From the NCBI GenBank assembly GCA_036386555.1, contig DASVVM010000017.1:10697-74696 (forward strand): DNA of 64,000 nt, read 5' to 3'. Of the stretch, positions 31,788 to 41,761 are shown in pieces. Below the pieces are notes generated by a model. That model did no database searches. It worked only from the letters and a program-made list of their open reading frames with translations, and had not been told where the DNA came from. Position 1 is the stretch's first letter, and each line of letters opens with the position of its first letter. A program made the position numbers and the translations under genes. The stretch comes from Allosphingosinicella sp. (GTDB lineage Bacteria; Pseudomonadota; Alphaproteobacteria; Sphingomonadales; Sphingomonadaceae).

Positions 31788-32903
31788 CTAACCCCAGACC
31801 TCGCCGTACAGCCGGACGAAATTGCCGCCCAGCACCTTGTCGATCCGCGCCGTCTTCCAGCCCCGCGCCGCCAGATCGTCGGCGAGCCTCGAATAGCGCG
31901 GCGCCTCGTTATAGCCCTCGACCAGGTTGAACACGTCCGCGGCCTCGCCGGGTGCGGCGATGCCGCGCTTCTTCCGGTCCTCGAAGAACTCGCGCTGCGC
32001 CTTTCGGGCGGCGTCGTCGATCGTGTAGCCGAGGAGCGGATTGTCGGTGCCGATCCCGACATGGTCCTCGCCGGCGACCTTCACCGCATGCTCGATATGC
32101 CGGATGAGGTCCTCCCGGCCCGGCTGCCCCTTCGACCGGAGGAAGGGCATCAGATAGATACCGACCACTCCGCCTTTGTCGGCCAAAGCGCGAAGCTCGC
32201 GGTCATATTGGTTGCGCGGCAGGTCGACGAGGTCGCGGCAGCCCGTGTGGGTGATCGCCGGCGGCCTTTTCGCCTCGGCGATGCCTTCGGCCGTCGTGCG
32301 CTGCCCGGCGTGGCTGAGGTCGAGAAGCAATTTGTTGCGCTCGATCTCGGCGATCGCCTGCCGCCCGAAGTCGGAGAGGCCGGCATTGGACCGCTCGAGG
32401 CAGCCGTCGCCGGCGAGGTTGCGCTTGTTGTAGGTGAGCTGGAGCACCCGAAGCCCGAGCGCCTTGAACGTCCCGATTCGGGCGACATCGCCCTCGAGCG
32501 GGGTCGTGTCCTGGAAATTGTAGACGATCGCGACCTTGCCGGCGGCCTTGGCGGCTCGGATATCGGCCACGCTGGTCGACTTGACGAACAGGCTCGGCAT
32601 GTCGGCGACGAAGCGGTCCATCGAGGCGATCCCCTCGACCCCCGCGCGGAACCGGTCAGGCCCGTTGCCGACCTCGCCCAAAGTCTGGCTGACGACGTTG
32701 ATCCACCCGGCCTTCACGGCCTCGATCAGGCGGGCCGAGGGCACGAACCTGCCGTCCTTCTCCTCGAACCCGTCGATCCCGCCCAGGGCGTCGACCCAGA
32801 TCGCGTTCGCGCCCGGGCCGCGGGGGCGGGTCTGGGCTCGAGCGGGGAGGGCGAGCAGGGCGGCGGCTGCGCTACTCCCAGCTAGAAATTCACGACGATG
32901 CAT
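31788..32903 (-). CDS. Tat-exported membrane dipeptidase (M19 family)
   Basis: MHRREFL Tat signal; QLTYN, DLSH, THT, HVGIGTD, GGNF. Confidence 0.88.
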   Translation of the reverse strand: MHRREFLAGSSAAAALLALPARAQTRPRGPGANAIWVDALGGIDGFEEKDGRFVPSARLIEAVKAGWINVVSQTLGEVGNGPDRFRAGVEGIASMDRFVADMPSLFVKSTSVADIRAAKAAGKVAIVYNFQDTTPLEGDVARIGTFKALGLRVLQLTYNKRNLAGDGCLERSNAGLSDFGRQAIAEIERNKLLLDLSHAGQRTTAEGIAEAKRPPAITHTGCRDLVDLPRNQYDRELRALADKGGVVGIYLMPFLRSKGQPGREDLIRHIEHAVKVAGEDHVGIGTDNPLLGYTIDDAARKAQREFFEDRKKRGIAAPGEAADVFNLVEGYNEAPRYSRLADDLAARGWKTARIDKVLGGNFVRLYGEVWG

Positions 32904-32914
32904 GGTGCCTCCCA

Positions 32915-33047
32915 ATCCTCCCCGTCCGCAACGCGGATGGGGAGGGGGACCGCGTGAAACGCGGTGGAGGGGCATGCTGAGTCGGAACGCCCCTCCACCA
33001 CCTTTCGGGTGGTCCCCCTCCCCATCGCCTGCGGCGACGGGGAGGAT
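32915..33047. repeat. Family A palindromic element
   Basis: atcctcccc...ggggaggat between the divergent dipeptidase and ruvB. Confidence 0.9.
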
Positions 33048-33117
33048 GAGGTTAGCGCCTCCGCCCGCTCCCATAAAGCCGCTCGACAGCCCGGCCTCTT
33101 CGGCTAATGCTCCTCCC

Positions 33118-34137
33118 GTGGAGCAGGAGCGCATCATCGGCGGGGAACGGCGGCCCGAGGATATCGACGCGGCGCTGCGCCCCAAGACACTCGACGATTT
33201 CGTCGGCCAGAAAGCGGCGCGCGAGAATCTTCGGGTGTTCATCGAGGCGGCGAAGAGCCGCGGCGATGCGCTCGACCACGTCCTCTTCTTCGGGCCGCCG
33301 GGCCTCGGCAAAACCACGCTCGCCCAGATCATCGCCCGCGAGCTCGGGGTCGGATTCCGGGCGACGTCGGGCCCGGTCATCGCAAAGTCGGGCGATCTCG
33401 CCGCCTTGCTGACCAATCTCGAGGACGGCGACGTCCTGTTCATCGACGAGATCCACCGCCTCGCGCCCGCCGTCGAGGAAATCCTCTATCCCGCCATGGA
33501 GGACCGCGCCCTCGACCTGATGATCGGCGAGGGCCCCTCGGCCCGCTCGGTGCGGATCGACCTGCCAAAATTCACCCTGGTCGGCGCCACCACCCGCCAG
33601 GGCCTGATCACCACTCCGCTCAGGGACCGGTTCGGGATACCCGTCCGGCTCACTTTCTACTCGGTCGAGGAGCTCGAGCAGGTCGTCCGTCGCGCCGCCA
33701 GGCTGCTCGGCCTTTCGCTCACCGAGGACGGCGCGAAGGAGATCGCCCGCCGCTCGCGAGGCACGCCGCGGATCGCCGGTCGGCTGCTCCGCAGGGTGCG
33801 CGACTTCGCACAGTCGGGGGGAGCCGGCGAGGTCGATTCGAAGGTGGCCGACGGAGCCCTGACCCGGATGGAGGTCGACCAGCTCGGCCTCGACGCGATG
33901 GACCGGCGCTACCTCACGATGATCGCCGACCTCTACAAAGGCGGGCCGGTAGGCGTGGAAACGCTGGCCGCGGGCCTCTCCGAGCCGCGCGACACGATCG
34001 AGGAGGTGATCGAGCCCTTCCTCATCCAGCTCGGTCTCGTCGCCCGGACCGCCCGCGGCCGCTGCCTCAACGGCGCGGCCTGGACCCATCTCGGCCTGCC
34101 TCAGCCCAGGACGGCGCAGGACGGGCTGTTCGATTGA
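33118..34137 (+). CDS. ruvB: Holliday junction branch migration helicase RuvB
   Basis: [33 protein letters not shown]; GTG start. Confidence 0.97.
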   Translation: MEQERIIGGERRPEDIDAALRPKTLDDFVGQKAARENLRVFIEAAKSRGDALDHVLFFGPPGLGKTTLAQIIARELGVGFRATSGPVIAKSGDLAALLTNLEDGDVLFIDEIHRLAPAVEEILYPAMEDRALDLMIGEGPSARSVRIDLPKFTLVGATTRQGLITTPLRDRFGIPVRLTFYSVEELEQVVRRAARLLGLSLTEDGAKEIARRSRGTPRIAGRLLRRVRDFAQSGGAGEVDSKVADGALTRMEVDQLGLDAMDRRYLTMIADLYKGGPVGVETLAAGLSEPRDTIEEVIEPFLIQLGLVARTARGRCLNGAAWTHLGLPQPRTAQDGLFD

Positions 34138-34153
34138 AGCTCGAGAGGAAGAA

Positions 34154-35296
34154 ATGACTGCCATCTGCAAGCTCGCCGCCGCCGCGGCTCTGCTGCTCAC
34201 CATCGCCGCCGCACCGGCGAGTGCCCATGATGGGCCCCATTACGAGCAGGACTCGGCCTGGCTCTGCCTTCCCGGCCGTGCCGATACTTGCGGCGGACCG
34301 CTCGCGACGACCGCGCTCAACCCCAACGGCTACGGCTCCACGGGACAGGTGCTTCCGGACAGGGACGCCAGGGCCGATTGCTTCTACGTCTACCCGACCA
34401 TATCCCGCGACCCGGGCCTCAACAGCGACCTCGTGGCGGGCCTCGAGGAGCAGGCGACGGCGACCGTGCAGCTCGCCCGGTTCGGTACCGTATGCAAGAC
34501 CTATGCGCCGCTCTACCGCCAGGTGACTCTGGCGGGCCTGAGGCGCGCCCTTTCGGGCGAGGATCTCACCGCCGCCACCGCCACTGCCTATGGCGACGTG
34601 CTCGCCGCGTGGCGGCAGTTCCTCGCCGGCCGCAACCGGGGTCGGCCGTTCGTCCTCATCGGTCACAGCCAGGGCTCGATCCACCTCCTCAAGCTTCTCG
34701 CCGAGGAGATCGAGGGCAAGCCGGTGGCGAAACGGATGCTCTCGGCCATCCTGCTCGGCTGGACCGTCGAGGTGCCGGAGGGTAAGCTGGTTGGCGGCAG
34801 CCTCAAATCGACTCCGCTCTGCACCAGGGCCGGCCAGACCGGCTGCGTCATCACCTACATGACCTTCAGGGCCTCCGCCCCGCCGCTAGCCGGCGCCCTT
34901 CTCGGCCGGGCGGCCAGGCCGGGAATGACGGCCGCCTGCACCAATCCCGGAGCGCTCGGCGGCGGCAAGGCCAGGCTCGATTCCTACTGGTTCGCCCTCT
35001 CGCCGCCGCAGCCCGGCGCTCAGCCCATCGTCTGGTCCAGCCAGGGCGCCCCGCCAACCCCCTTCCTTCGCACCGAAGGTCTCGTCACCGCCGAATGCCG
35101 TCACGTCGGCCAGGCCGGCTATCTGGCGGTGGCCGAGAATGCCGACCCGAAGGACGCCCGGACCGACCGAATTCCCGGCGACGTCTACATGGCCGGCAAG
35201 CTCAACCCCGGCTGGGGCCTCCACCTCGCCGACGTGAACGTCGCCCAGGGCGACCTCATCCGTCTCATCGAAACGCAGGCGGCGAAGCGCCGATAA
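34154..35296 (+). CDS. DUF3089 alpha/beta hydrolase, secreted
   Basis: Signal peptide; WLCLPG, CFYVYPT, APLYRQ, GHSQG nucleophile elbow. Confidence 0.85.
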   Translation: MTAICKLAAAAALLLTIAAAPASAHDGPHYEQDSAWLCLPGRADTCGGPLATTALNPNGYGSTGQVLPDRDARADCFYVYPTISRDPGLNSDLVAGLEEQATATVQLARFGTVCKTYAPLYRQVTLAGLRRALSGEDLTAATATAYGDVLAAWRQFLAGRNRGRPFVLIGHSQGSIHLLKLLAEEIEGKPVAKRMLSAILLGWTVEVPEGKLVGGSLKSTPLCTRAGQTGCVITYMTFRASAPPLAGALLGRAARPGMTAACTNPGALGGGKARLDSYWFALSPPQPGAQPIVWSSQGAPPTPFLRTEGLVTAECRHVGQAGYLAVAENADPKDARTDRIPGDVYMAGKLNPGWGLHLADVNVAQGDLIRLIETQAAKRR

Positions 35297-35323
35297 ATCC
35301 TCCCCATCGCCAGATGGGGAGGA
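35297..35323. repeat. Collapsed family A element (outer arms only)
   Basis: atcctccccatcgccagatggggaggat directly after the DUF3089 stop codon. Confidence 0.7.
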
Positions 35324-35746
35324 TCAGTTTCGCTCCAGCCTCGAATAGACGAGCAGCGCGGTCGACAGGCCGGCCGCCGCGATCACCCTGATCGAGTCGC
35401 CGCTGGCGACCTGGGATTGTCAGGCGAAGAGATAGAGGGCGAGCGCGGCGGCCAGCATCGCGTAGAAACCTGCGGCGAGAGCCCGGGCGCGGTTGCGAAG
35501 CGACAATTCGTCGTTGAGAAGGGCGCGCATCCGCTTGCCGAGGGCGAGACCGCCGCCCGTAGCGAGCACCGCAGTCCAGACGAGGACGAGCAGCACCCAC
35601 AAGGCGACGCCGCCCGGGCGCGGTGAATCCGAGCCGCCCCATTCCGCCCACGCGTTGATGGCGACGATCGCAGCCCCGGCCGCCATCAGGCTTGCTCGAA
35701 GGCTCGACGCGCGCTCCGCTTTTTCGACGCTCACATCCTGTCTCAT
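35324..35746 (-). pseudogene. Membrane protein paralog of 35964..36410 with in-frame TGA
   Basis: YLFA*QSQVASGDSIRVIAAAGLSTALLVYSRLERN*: the frame continues past TGA 35420-35422 and aligns with the paralog C-terminus. Confidence 0.7.
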
Positions 35747-35764
35747 CGTTCGTCTCCTTCGATT

Positions 35765-35971
35765 TCAGTCTTCGAGCGAGAAGATCGCCTCGACCGGGCA
35801 GCCCAGCGCCCGCGCCAGCTTCAGCGCGAGCAGGGCCGAGGGGACGAAGACTCCGTTCTCGACGGTGTTGATTGTCTTGCGGCTGACTCCGACCAGCTCC
35901 GCCAGGGCGGCCTGGGTCAGGCCGCGCTCGGTTCGAAGGTCGTGCAGCCGGTTCGAGAGGCCCTCAGCCAT
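35765..35971 (-). CDS. XRE-family HTH transcriptional regulator
   Basis: LTQAALAELVGVSRKTINTVENG..PS..LALKLA. Confidence 0.93.
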   Translation of the reverse strand: MAEGLSNRLHDLRTERGLTQAALAELVGVSRKTINTVENGVFVPSALLALKLARALGCPVEAIFSLED

Positions 35972-36410
35972 CGCGATGGGCGCGGCGCTCGAGGGCGCCG
36001 AAGGTGAGCAAAGCCCCGGCGACTGCGGCGGTGACGATGATGTGGATCGCTTCCCTCGGCATCACCCGGTCGAACGCGGTGAGGGCATAGATTCCGACAG
36101 AGGTGCCGATGGCGACCCAGAAACCCACGGCATAAGCCCGGCCGCGATGGGCCCGTGTCCCCTCGTCGTCCATCAGGGCCCGAACCCTTTTGCTTCGGAA
36201 GGCTCCCCCTCCTGTTGCGAGGAGCAGGAGCAGAGCCAGCGCCCAGACCAGCCACGCCGCGACCTTCACCTGGTCGACGGTGCGCGTGGGATCGTCCGGG
36301 CCGATCGCGAAGATGGCTTGGCCCGACAGGAACAGCACCGCCATCGCCGGCAGCATCCGTGCCCGACGGCGCGACAGCCTTTCCGCAGTCTCGAAATCCG
36401 ATTCGGTCAT
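35964..36410 (-). CDS. Four-TM membrane protein
   Basis: Hydrophobic segments, ALMDDE motif; overlaps the HTH start. Confidence 0.75.
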   Translation of the reverse strand: MTESDFETAERLSRRRARMLPAMAVLFLSGQAIFAIGPDDPTRTVDQVKVAAWLVWALALLLLLATGGGAFRSKRVRALMDDEGTRAHRGRAYAVGFWVAIGTSVGIYALTAFDRVMPREAIHIIVTAAVAGALLTFGALERRAHRDG

Positions 36411-36411
36411 T

Positions 36412-37107
36412 TCAGCTCTCCGTTGCCTTGGGTGCGGCCAATCCGGGGCCTTGCACCGGGTGGTGCCTGCCGGGATCGAGCAGTCGCCAGAGGCCGCCGG
36501 CCACGATCGCGGCGAGCAGGAACGAGGCGCCGACGTCGCTGGCATAATGGTCGTGAGATACGATGCGCTGAGCCCCGACCAGCAGCGGCACCACCAGAAG
36601 AGCCGCGGCCCATCTCGGGAACAGCAGCGCCAGAGGAAGGAACAGGCCCGCGTAGAAAGCGGCATGGCCGGACGGGAAGGATCCGAAGTCCGGGCCCATG
36701 AACCAGCGATCCGCCCCGGCCGGGTCCGCCAGCGCCTGGAACGGGCGGAGGCGTCCGAACGGAGGCTTGGCGAAATCGGCCGCCGCGGTGCAGATCAGCT
36801 GGACCGCTCCGACATAGAGCAGCCGGCCCGACCAGAGCGGGCGGCGCTTCAGCGCGTTGCGGATCAGCGCGGCGGCGATCAGCGCCGCGCCGAGAAGGAA
36901 GGCGCCGATCTCCTTGCCCGAGGCCAGGTCAAGCAGGGCGAGGGCGGCGCTCCAGGCGCGATCGACCGCGTCCGGCGCCAGATCGGCCCGGGCGAGGAGC
37001 CGGTCGCCGCCGAGAAGCCCCGCCCCCGGCAACGACACGCCCAGAGCCGCGGCGCTCCAGATGATCGGCTTCGCGCCATGGGCCGCTTGGGTCGCCTGCT
37101 TTTCCAT
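36412..37107 (-). CDS. PAP2 family phosphatase
   Basis: KPPFGRLRP, SFPSGH, QRIVSHDHYASDV. Confidence 0.88.
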   Translation of the reverse strand: MEKQATQAAHGAKPIIWSAAALGVSLPGAGLLGGDRLLARADLAPDAVDRAWSAALALLDLASGKEIGAFLLGAALIAAALIRNALKRRPLWSGRLLYVGAVQLICTAAADFAKPPFGRLRPFQALADPAGADRWFMGPDFGSFPSGHAAFYAGLFLPLALLFPRWAAALLVVPLLVGAQRIVSHDHYASDVGASFLLAAIVAGGLWRLLDPGRHHPVQGPGLAAPKATES

Positions 37108-37121
37108 CTCGCCCCGCTCGA

Positions 37122-37157
37122 TGTAACCTATGGGTGACATGTAACCTGAAGGTTACA
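37122..37157 (-). promoter_or_regulatory. Tandem palindromic operator TGTAACC-N4-GGT(T/G)ACA x2
   Basis: 37122-37139 and 37140-37157, between a minus-strand TTGACG (37162-37167) and the PAP2 start. Confidence 0.7.
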
Positions 37158-37244
37158 CGCCCGTCAACGCAAAATCGTCACGTCTCGTCCCGGCGCTCCC
37201 CTTAGGCCTTGCCCCGGCGAATCCGCAGCCGATAGAGCCGCGCT

Positions 37245-37703
37245 ATGGGAGGGGATCAACCGAAGCCGGCGGACGGAGTCATGCGGGGCGCGACGCACCT
37301 CTTCCCGCTGCGCGTCTATTTCGAGGACACCGACGTCGCCGGGATCGTCTATTACGCCAATTACCTGCGCTTCATCGAGCGCGCCCGCTCCGACATGCTG
37401 CGCCTTATCGGAGTGGATCAGCGCGGCGCGCTCGAAGCCGCGGAGGGCGTCTATGCCGTCGCGGAGATTTCGGTGAAATATCGATCGCCGGCCAGGCTCG
37501 GCGACGACCTCGTCGTCTCGACCGAGATCGAGGCGGTGCGCGCCGCGAGCGTGCTCATTCATCAACAGGTCATCCGCGGCGATGAACTTCTGGCCGACGC
37601 CAGGGTCACGGCCGCCTTCCTGACGCCGGGCGGCCGCCCCCGGCGCCAGCCGGCCGAATGGGTCGAGGCGTTCGAGCGGTTGCTTAAGGAAGGAAGAGCG
37701 TGA
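37245..37703 (+). CDS. ybgC: Tol-Pal associated acyl-CoA thioesterase
   Basis: [26 protein letters not shown]; overlaps the tolQ start; alternative start 37281. Confidence 0.92.
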   Translation: MGGDQPKPADGVMRGATHLFPLRVYFEDTDVAGIVYYANYLRFIERARSDMLRLIGVDQRGALEAAEGVYAVAEISVKYRSPARLGDDLVVSTEIEAVRAASVLIHQQVIRGDELLADARVTAAFLTPGGRPRRQPAEWVEAFERLLKEGRA

Positions 37704-38389
37704 ACGAATTGGCGATGACCGGAGCGGACATGTCGCCCGTCGCCCTGTTCCTGGAGGCCGACATCGTCGTCAAGGCGGTGATCGTCGGCCTTCTCCTCGC
37801 AAGCATCTGGACCTGGGCGATCATCGTGGGCCATGCGCTCAGGCTGCGCCGCGCCTCCACCGGTTCGCAGGCCTTCGAGCGCGATTTCTGGAAGGCCGAC
37901 GACATCGACCGCTTCTACGAGGCTCGCGGCAAGTCGGACATCCCGAGCGCCAAGGTCCTCGCCGCCGGGATCGCGGAATGGCGCCGGTCGACCGGAGGCA
38001 AGGTCGTCGACCGCGAGGGCGCCCGCTCGCGCCTTGCGCTCGTCATGCATTCGGCTTTGACCGAGGAGGTGGACAAGCTGGCGGTGCGCCTCAACATCCT
38101 CGCCACCGTCGGCTCGGTCGCCCCCTTCGTCGGCCTGTTCGGGACGGTTTGGGGCATCATGCGAAGCTTCACGGCGATCGCCGGCGCCAACAACACCAGC
38201 CTCGCGGTGGTCGCTCCGGGTATCGCCGAGGCCCTGTTCGCGACCGCGCTGGGCCTGTTCGCCGCAATCCCGGCGGTGATCGCCTACAACCGAATGAGCT
38301 TCGGCATTAACCGCCTCGAAGCGAGGCTCCAGCGCTTCGCCGACGGCTTCCACGCGACGCTCAGCCGCGAGCTGGAGCTGGACGGATGA
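37700..38389 (+). CDS. tolQ: TolQ
   Basis: [27 protein letters not shown]. Confidence 0.95.
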   Translation: MNELAMTGADMSPVALFLEADIVVKAVIVGLLLASIWTWAIIVGHALRLRRASTGSQAFERDFWKADDIDRFYEARGKSDIPSAKVLAAGIAEWRRSTGGKVVDREGARSRLALVMHSALTEEVDKLAVRLNILATVGSVAPFVGLFGTVWGIMRSFTAIAGANNTSLAVVAPGIAEALFATALGLFAAIPAVIAYNRMSFGINRLEARLQRFADGFHATLSRELELDG

Positions 38390-38404
38390 GGGGGGTCCTG
38401 CATT

Positions 38405-38526
38405 CCCCCCTCCCTGCAAGGGAGGGGCCGGGGGTGGGTCCGCCGAAGGCGGTCGAAACTCCGAGTCCGGAAAGTCTCGCTGCGCTCGCCTACCCACCCC
38501 CATCCCCTCCCTTCCAGGGAGGGGGG
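38405..38526. repeat. Family B palindromic element inside the tol-pal operon
   Basis: Near-identical to the 13963 and 48557 copies, same orientation. Confidence 0.9.
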
Positions 38527-38531
38527 TACTG

Positions 38532-38972
38532 ATGGCCATGGGACCCATCCTCGGCTCCCACCGCCGCGCCCGGCGCTCGCCGATGGCGGAGATCAACGTC
38601 ACCCCGATGGTCGACGTGATGCTCGTCCTGCTCATCATCTTCATGGTGACCGCGCCGCTCCTCGTCGCCGGAGTCCCGGTCGACCTGCCCGACAGCAAGG
38701 CCGGAGCGCTCGACCAGGAGCTGAGGCCCGTCCAGATCTCGCTCGACGCGGCAGGCGCCCTCACCGTCGACGACCGGCCGGTCGCGCCCGCCGACCTCGG
38801 CCGCCGCCTGGCCGCCATCGCCGCAGCCTCCCGGGAACCGGGCGGCCCGCGAATCTTCCTGCGCGCCGACCGAACCCTCGATTACGGCCGGGTCATGGCG
38901 GTGATGGGCGCGATCAACGCCGCGGGCCTGCGCAAGGTCGCCCTCGTCAGCACGCAGGGGCGGGAAGAGTGA
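38532..38972 (+). CDS. tolR: TolR
   Basis: EINVTPMVDVMLVLLIIFMVTAP. Confidence 0.93.
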   Translation: MAMGPILGSHRRARRSPMAEINVTPMVDVMLVLLIIFMVTAPLLVAGVPVDLPDSKAGALDQELRPVQISLDAAGALTVDDRPVAPADLGRRLAAIAAASREPGGPRIFLRADRTLDYGRVMAVMGAINAAGLRKVALVSTQGREE

Positions 38973-39769
38973 TGGACCGCGCCGAAGCCGCCGGCCTCGG
39001 CATCGCGACGGCGGGCCACCTCGCCCTCCTCGCCGCGCTCAGCTTCGGCTTCGCAGCGACCCGGCAGCCGGCGCCGAAGACGGCTCCGATCGAAGTCTCT
39101 TTCGTCGACGAAGTCGGTCTCGAAAGCACTTCCCCGACGCCCCTGGCCGACGAACCGGCGCCGCTCGCCGCCCCACAGGACGCGCCCCCCGAACCGGCCA
39201 TGCCGGCGCCACCCGAAATCCAGCAGGTCCCGAAGCCGCAGCCCCCCGCCAGTGCGCCCGCTCCGGCACCCAGGCCGGCGCCGAGAGAGGCCGCCAAGCC
39301 GAAGCCGAGCCCCGCGCCGGCGCGGCCGACGCCTGCGCCGTCCAAATCGACGTCCAGGCCGGCCACCCTCAGGAAGCCCTTCAGCGTCGCCATCCCCGAC
39401 GCAGCGGAAGGCAGCGGCAAGAGCGAAGCCGCGGCGCCCGCCGCCGCGGCAAGCGCAGAGGTCAAGGCTTCGCTCGGAAGGCTGGTGCGGGAGCAACTCA
39501 GCCGGCACTGGGACTCCCCCAGCGGGGCCGATGCCGAGCTCCTGCGCACCGAGCTCAGCATCTGGCTGGCCCGCGACGGCTCCGTCACTCGAGTGGAGGT
39601 GCTCCGTACGACCGGTCAGACACCGAGCAACCGTCCGCAAGTGAAGCTCCATCAGGAACAGGCTCTACGCGCGGTTAGGCTGGCCTCGCCCTTCAGGCTG
39701 CCGGACAAGTTCTACGAAGCCTGGAAACATCTGAGCCCGATCGGTTTCGACAGGAGACTCTCCCGATGA
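38972..39769 (+). CDS. tolA: TolA-like cell envelope protein
   Basis: N-terminal TM with His, Pro/Ala-rich linker, C-terminal domain; lies between tolR and tolB. Confidence 0.75.
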   Translation: MDRAEAAGLGIATAGHLALLAALSFGFAATRQPAPKTAPIEVSFVDEVGLESTSPTPLADEPAPLAAPQDAPPEPAMPAPPEIQQVPKPQPPASAPAPAPRPAPREAAKPKPSPAPARPTPAPSKSTSRPATLRKPFSVAIPDAAEGSGKSEAAAPAAAASAEVKASLGRLVREQLSRHWDSPSGADAELLRTELSIWLARDGSVTRVEVLRTTGQTPSNRPQVKLHQEQALRAVRLASPFRLPDKFYEAWKHLSPIGFDRRLSR

Positions 39770-41088
39770 AAAAGCTTCTCCTGGCAAGTCTTGCCGGGCT
39801 CCTCGCCTTCGCGGCGCCCGCCTCCGCGCAGCTCAGCGTCGACGTTACCGACGAGAGCGGCGAAGATCTCGTCATCGCCATCCCGGTCATGCCTACCCCG
39901 CAATCGACCGATACCCCCGCCGGGAGCACCGAAGCGCTCGGCCGCCAGGTCGCGGAGGTCGTCGCCGCCGACCTGCGCGGAAGCGGTCTGTTCCGGCCGG
40001 TCGGCCCCGGCGGGGTCCGGACCGTGCCCTTCTCCGAAGTGAACGCCCCCGCCTACGCCGCCTGGAGCAGGGCCGGCGCGGCCGCGCTCGTCCAGGGCTT
40101 CGTCCGCGCCAATCCGGACGGACAGCTGACCGTCGGCTGCTATCTCTACGACGTCGCTCTCCAGTCCGAGCTCACCCGCGCGGGCTATGTCGTCGCTCCG
40201 AGGGACTGGCGCCGCGCCGCCCACAAATGCGCCGACGCCATCTACTCGCGCCTGTCGGGGGAGAGTCCCTTCTTCGACAGCCGAATCGCCTACATCGCCG
40301 AGAGCGGGCCGAAGGACCGGCGGGTGAAGCGCCTCGCCATCATGGATTCGGACGGCGCCAACCACCGCTTCCTGACCAACGGCCAGTCAACCGTCCTGAC
40401 CCCGCGCTTCTCGCCGGACTACAGGCAGATCGTCTATCTGAGTTATGTCGAGAAGCGGCCGCGGATCTACATTTACGACATCGGCACCGGCCGCCAGCGG
40501 ATCGTCACCGAAAGCTCCAACCAGACCTTCGCCCCGCGCTTCTCGCCCGACGGGCGCTGGATCCTCTACGCCATGGCTGTGGGCGGCAATACCGACATCT
40601 ACCGGGTGTCAGCCCAGGGCGGCGCGCCGGTGCGCCTGACCAGCTCGCCGGGCATCGACGTCGGAGGCTCCTATTCGCCCGACGGCAGCCGGATCGTCTT
40701 CGAAAGCGACCGCTCGGGCCGGCAGCAGCTCTACGTGATGAATGCCGACGGCTCGAACCCGCGCCGGATCAGCTTCGGCGGCGGCGGCTATGCAACCCCC
40801 GAATGGAGCCCGCGCGGCGACCTCATCGCCTTCACCCGGATCGCCGGCAATTTCCGGGTCGGAGTGATGAGCCCGGACGGCTCGGGCGAACGGCTCCTCA
40901 CCGACAGCTGGCAGGACGAGGCCCCGAGCTGGTCGCCCAACGGCCGGGTCCTCCAGTTCTTCCGGACCAGCCAGGGCCGCGGCGGCCGGTCAAGCGTGTG
41001 GCAGGTGGACCTGACCGGCCGCAACGAACGCCGGATCCCCACCCCCCTGGACGGCTCCGATCCCGCCTGGGGCCCGATCCTCCCGTAA
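39766..41088 (+). CDS. tolB: TolB
   Basis: Signal peptide; FDSRIAY, AIMDSDGAN, repeated P-x-(W/F)SPDG blades. Confidence 0.95.
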   Translation: MKKLLLASLAGLLAFAAPASAQLSVDVTDESGEDLVIAIPVMPTPQSTDTPAGSTEALGRQVAEVVAADLRGSGLFRPVGPGGVRTVPFSEVNAPAYAAWSRAGAAALVQGFVRANPDGQLTVGCYLYDVALQSELTRAGYVVAPRDWRRAAHKCADAIYSRLSGESPFFDSRIAYIAESGPKDRRVKRLAIMDSDGANHRFLTNGQSTVLTPRFSPDYRQIVYLSYVEKRPRIYIYDIGTGRQRIVTESSNQTFAPRFSPDGRWILYAMAVGGNTDIYRVSAQGGAPVRLTSSPGIDVGGSYSPDGSRIVFESDRSGRQQLYVMNADGSNPRRISFGGGGYATPEWSPRGDLIAFTRIAGNFRVGVMSPDGSGERLLTDSWQDEAPSWSPNGRVLQFFRTSQGRGGRSSVWQVDLTGRNERRIPTPLDGSDPAWGPILP

Positions 41089-41113
41089 GTAAGTATCCAA
41101 AGGAGAGCGTAAG

Positions 41114-41656
41114 ATGAGAGCCACCCCCTGGAAAGTCGCCGCCATCGCGGCCGCCCTCGCTCTGACCGCCGGCTGCGGCAAGAAGGCGCCCAAGGACCTG
41201 CCGCCGCCGCCGGGCGACAGCGCCGATGCCGGCACCGCCACCGGCGTGGACGACGGGTCGGACGCCGACCCGAGCGGCGGCGTCGGCCCCGGTTCGCGGG
41301 AGGATTTCATCCGGACGGTGGGCCTCGAGGGCGACCGGGTCTTCTTCGACACCGACCAGTACGATCTCGACGACCGCGACCGGGCGACCCTCGACGCCCA
41401 GGTCGAGTGGCTTACACGTTATCCGGCCGTCCGCATCACGATCGAGGGCCATGCCGACGAGCGCGGCACCCGGGACTACAATCTCGCGCTCGGCGACCGC
41501 CGCGCCAACGCGGCCAAGAACCACCTCGCCGCCCGCGGCGTCGCCCTCCACCGGATGACGGTGGTCAGCTACGGCAAGGAGCGGCCCGAGGCGCTCGGCT
41601 CCGACGAAAGCGCGTGGGCGCAGAATCGAAGGGCGGTGACGGTCCTGCCGCAATAG
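41114..41656 (+). CDS. pal: Peptidoglycan-associated lipoprotein Pal
   Basis: Lipobox TAGC; EGHADERGTRDYNLALGDRRA, SYGKERP, NRRA. Confidence 0.95.
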   Translation: MRATPWKVAAIAAALALTAGCGKKAPKDLPPPPGDSADAGTATGVDDGSDADPSGGVGPGSREDFIRTVGLEGDRVFFDTDQYDLDDRDRATLDAQVEWLTRYPAVRITIEGHADERGTRDYNLALGDRRANAAKNHLAARGVALHRMTVVSYGKERPEALGSDESAWAQNRRAVTVLPQ

Positions 41657-41657
41657 C

Positions 41658-41749
41658 CGTCATCCCGGGCTTGACCCGGGATCCATGAACACGGTGCAAT
41701 GGGGTTTCGAACGGCGGCGTTGATGGACTCCGGCCTTCGCCGGAATGAC
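41658..41749. repeat. Family C hybrid REP-like element
   Basis: cgtcatcccgggcttgacccggga...tccggccttcgccggaatgac; the two arms come from different subtypes. Confidence 0.8.
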
Positions 41750-41761
41750 CGAGGGGGATGC

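Noticed and set aside
32536-33117. N-terminal extensions of RuvB, M28, HisS, amidase, RuvC and the histidine phosphatase through family A elements
   Set aside because: Each has a plausible downstream start giving a normal-length protein, unlike prmC
35420-35422. Selenocysteine codon
   Set aside because: Lies at a TM boundary with no Cys at the equivalent paralog position and no convincing SECIS
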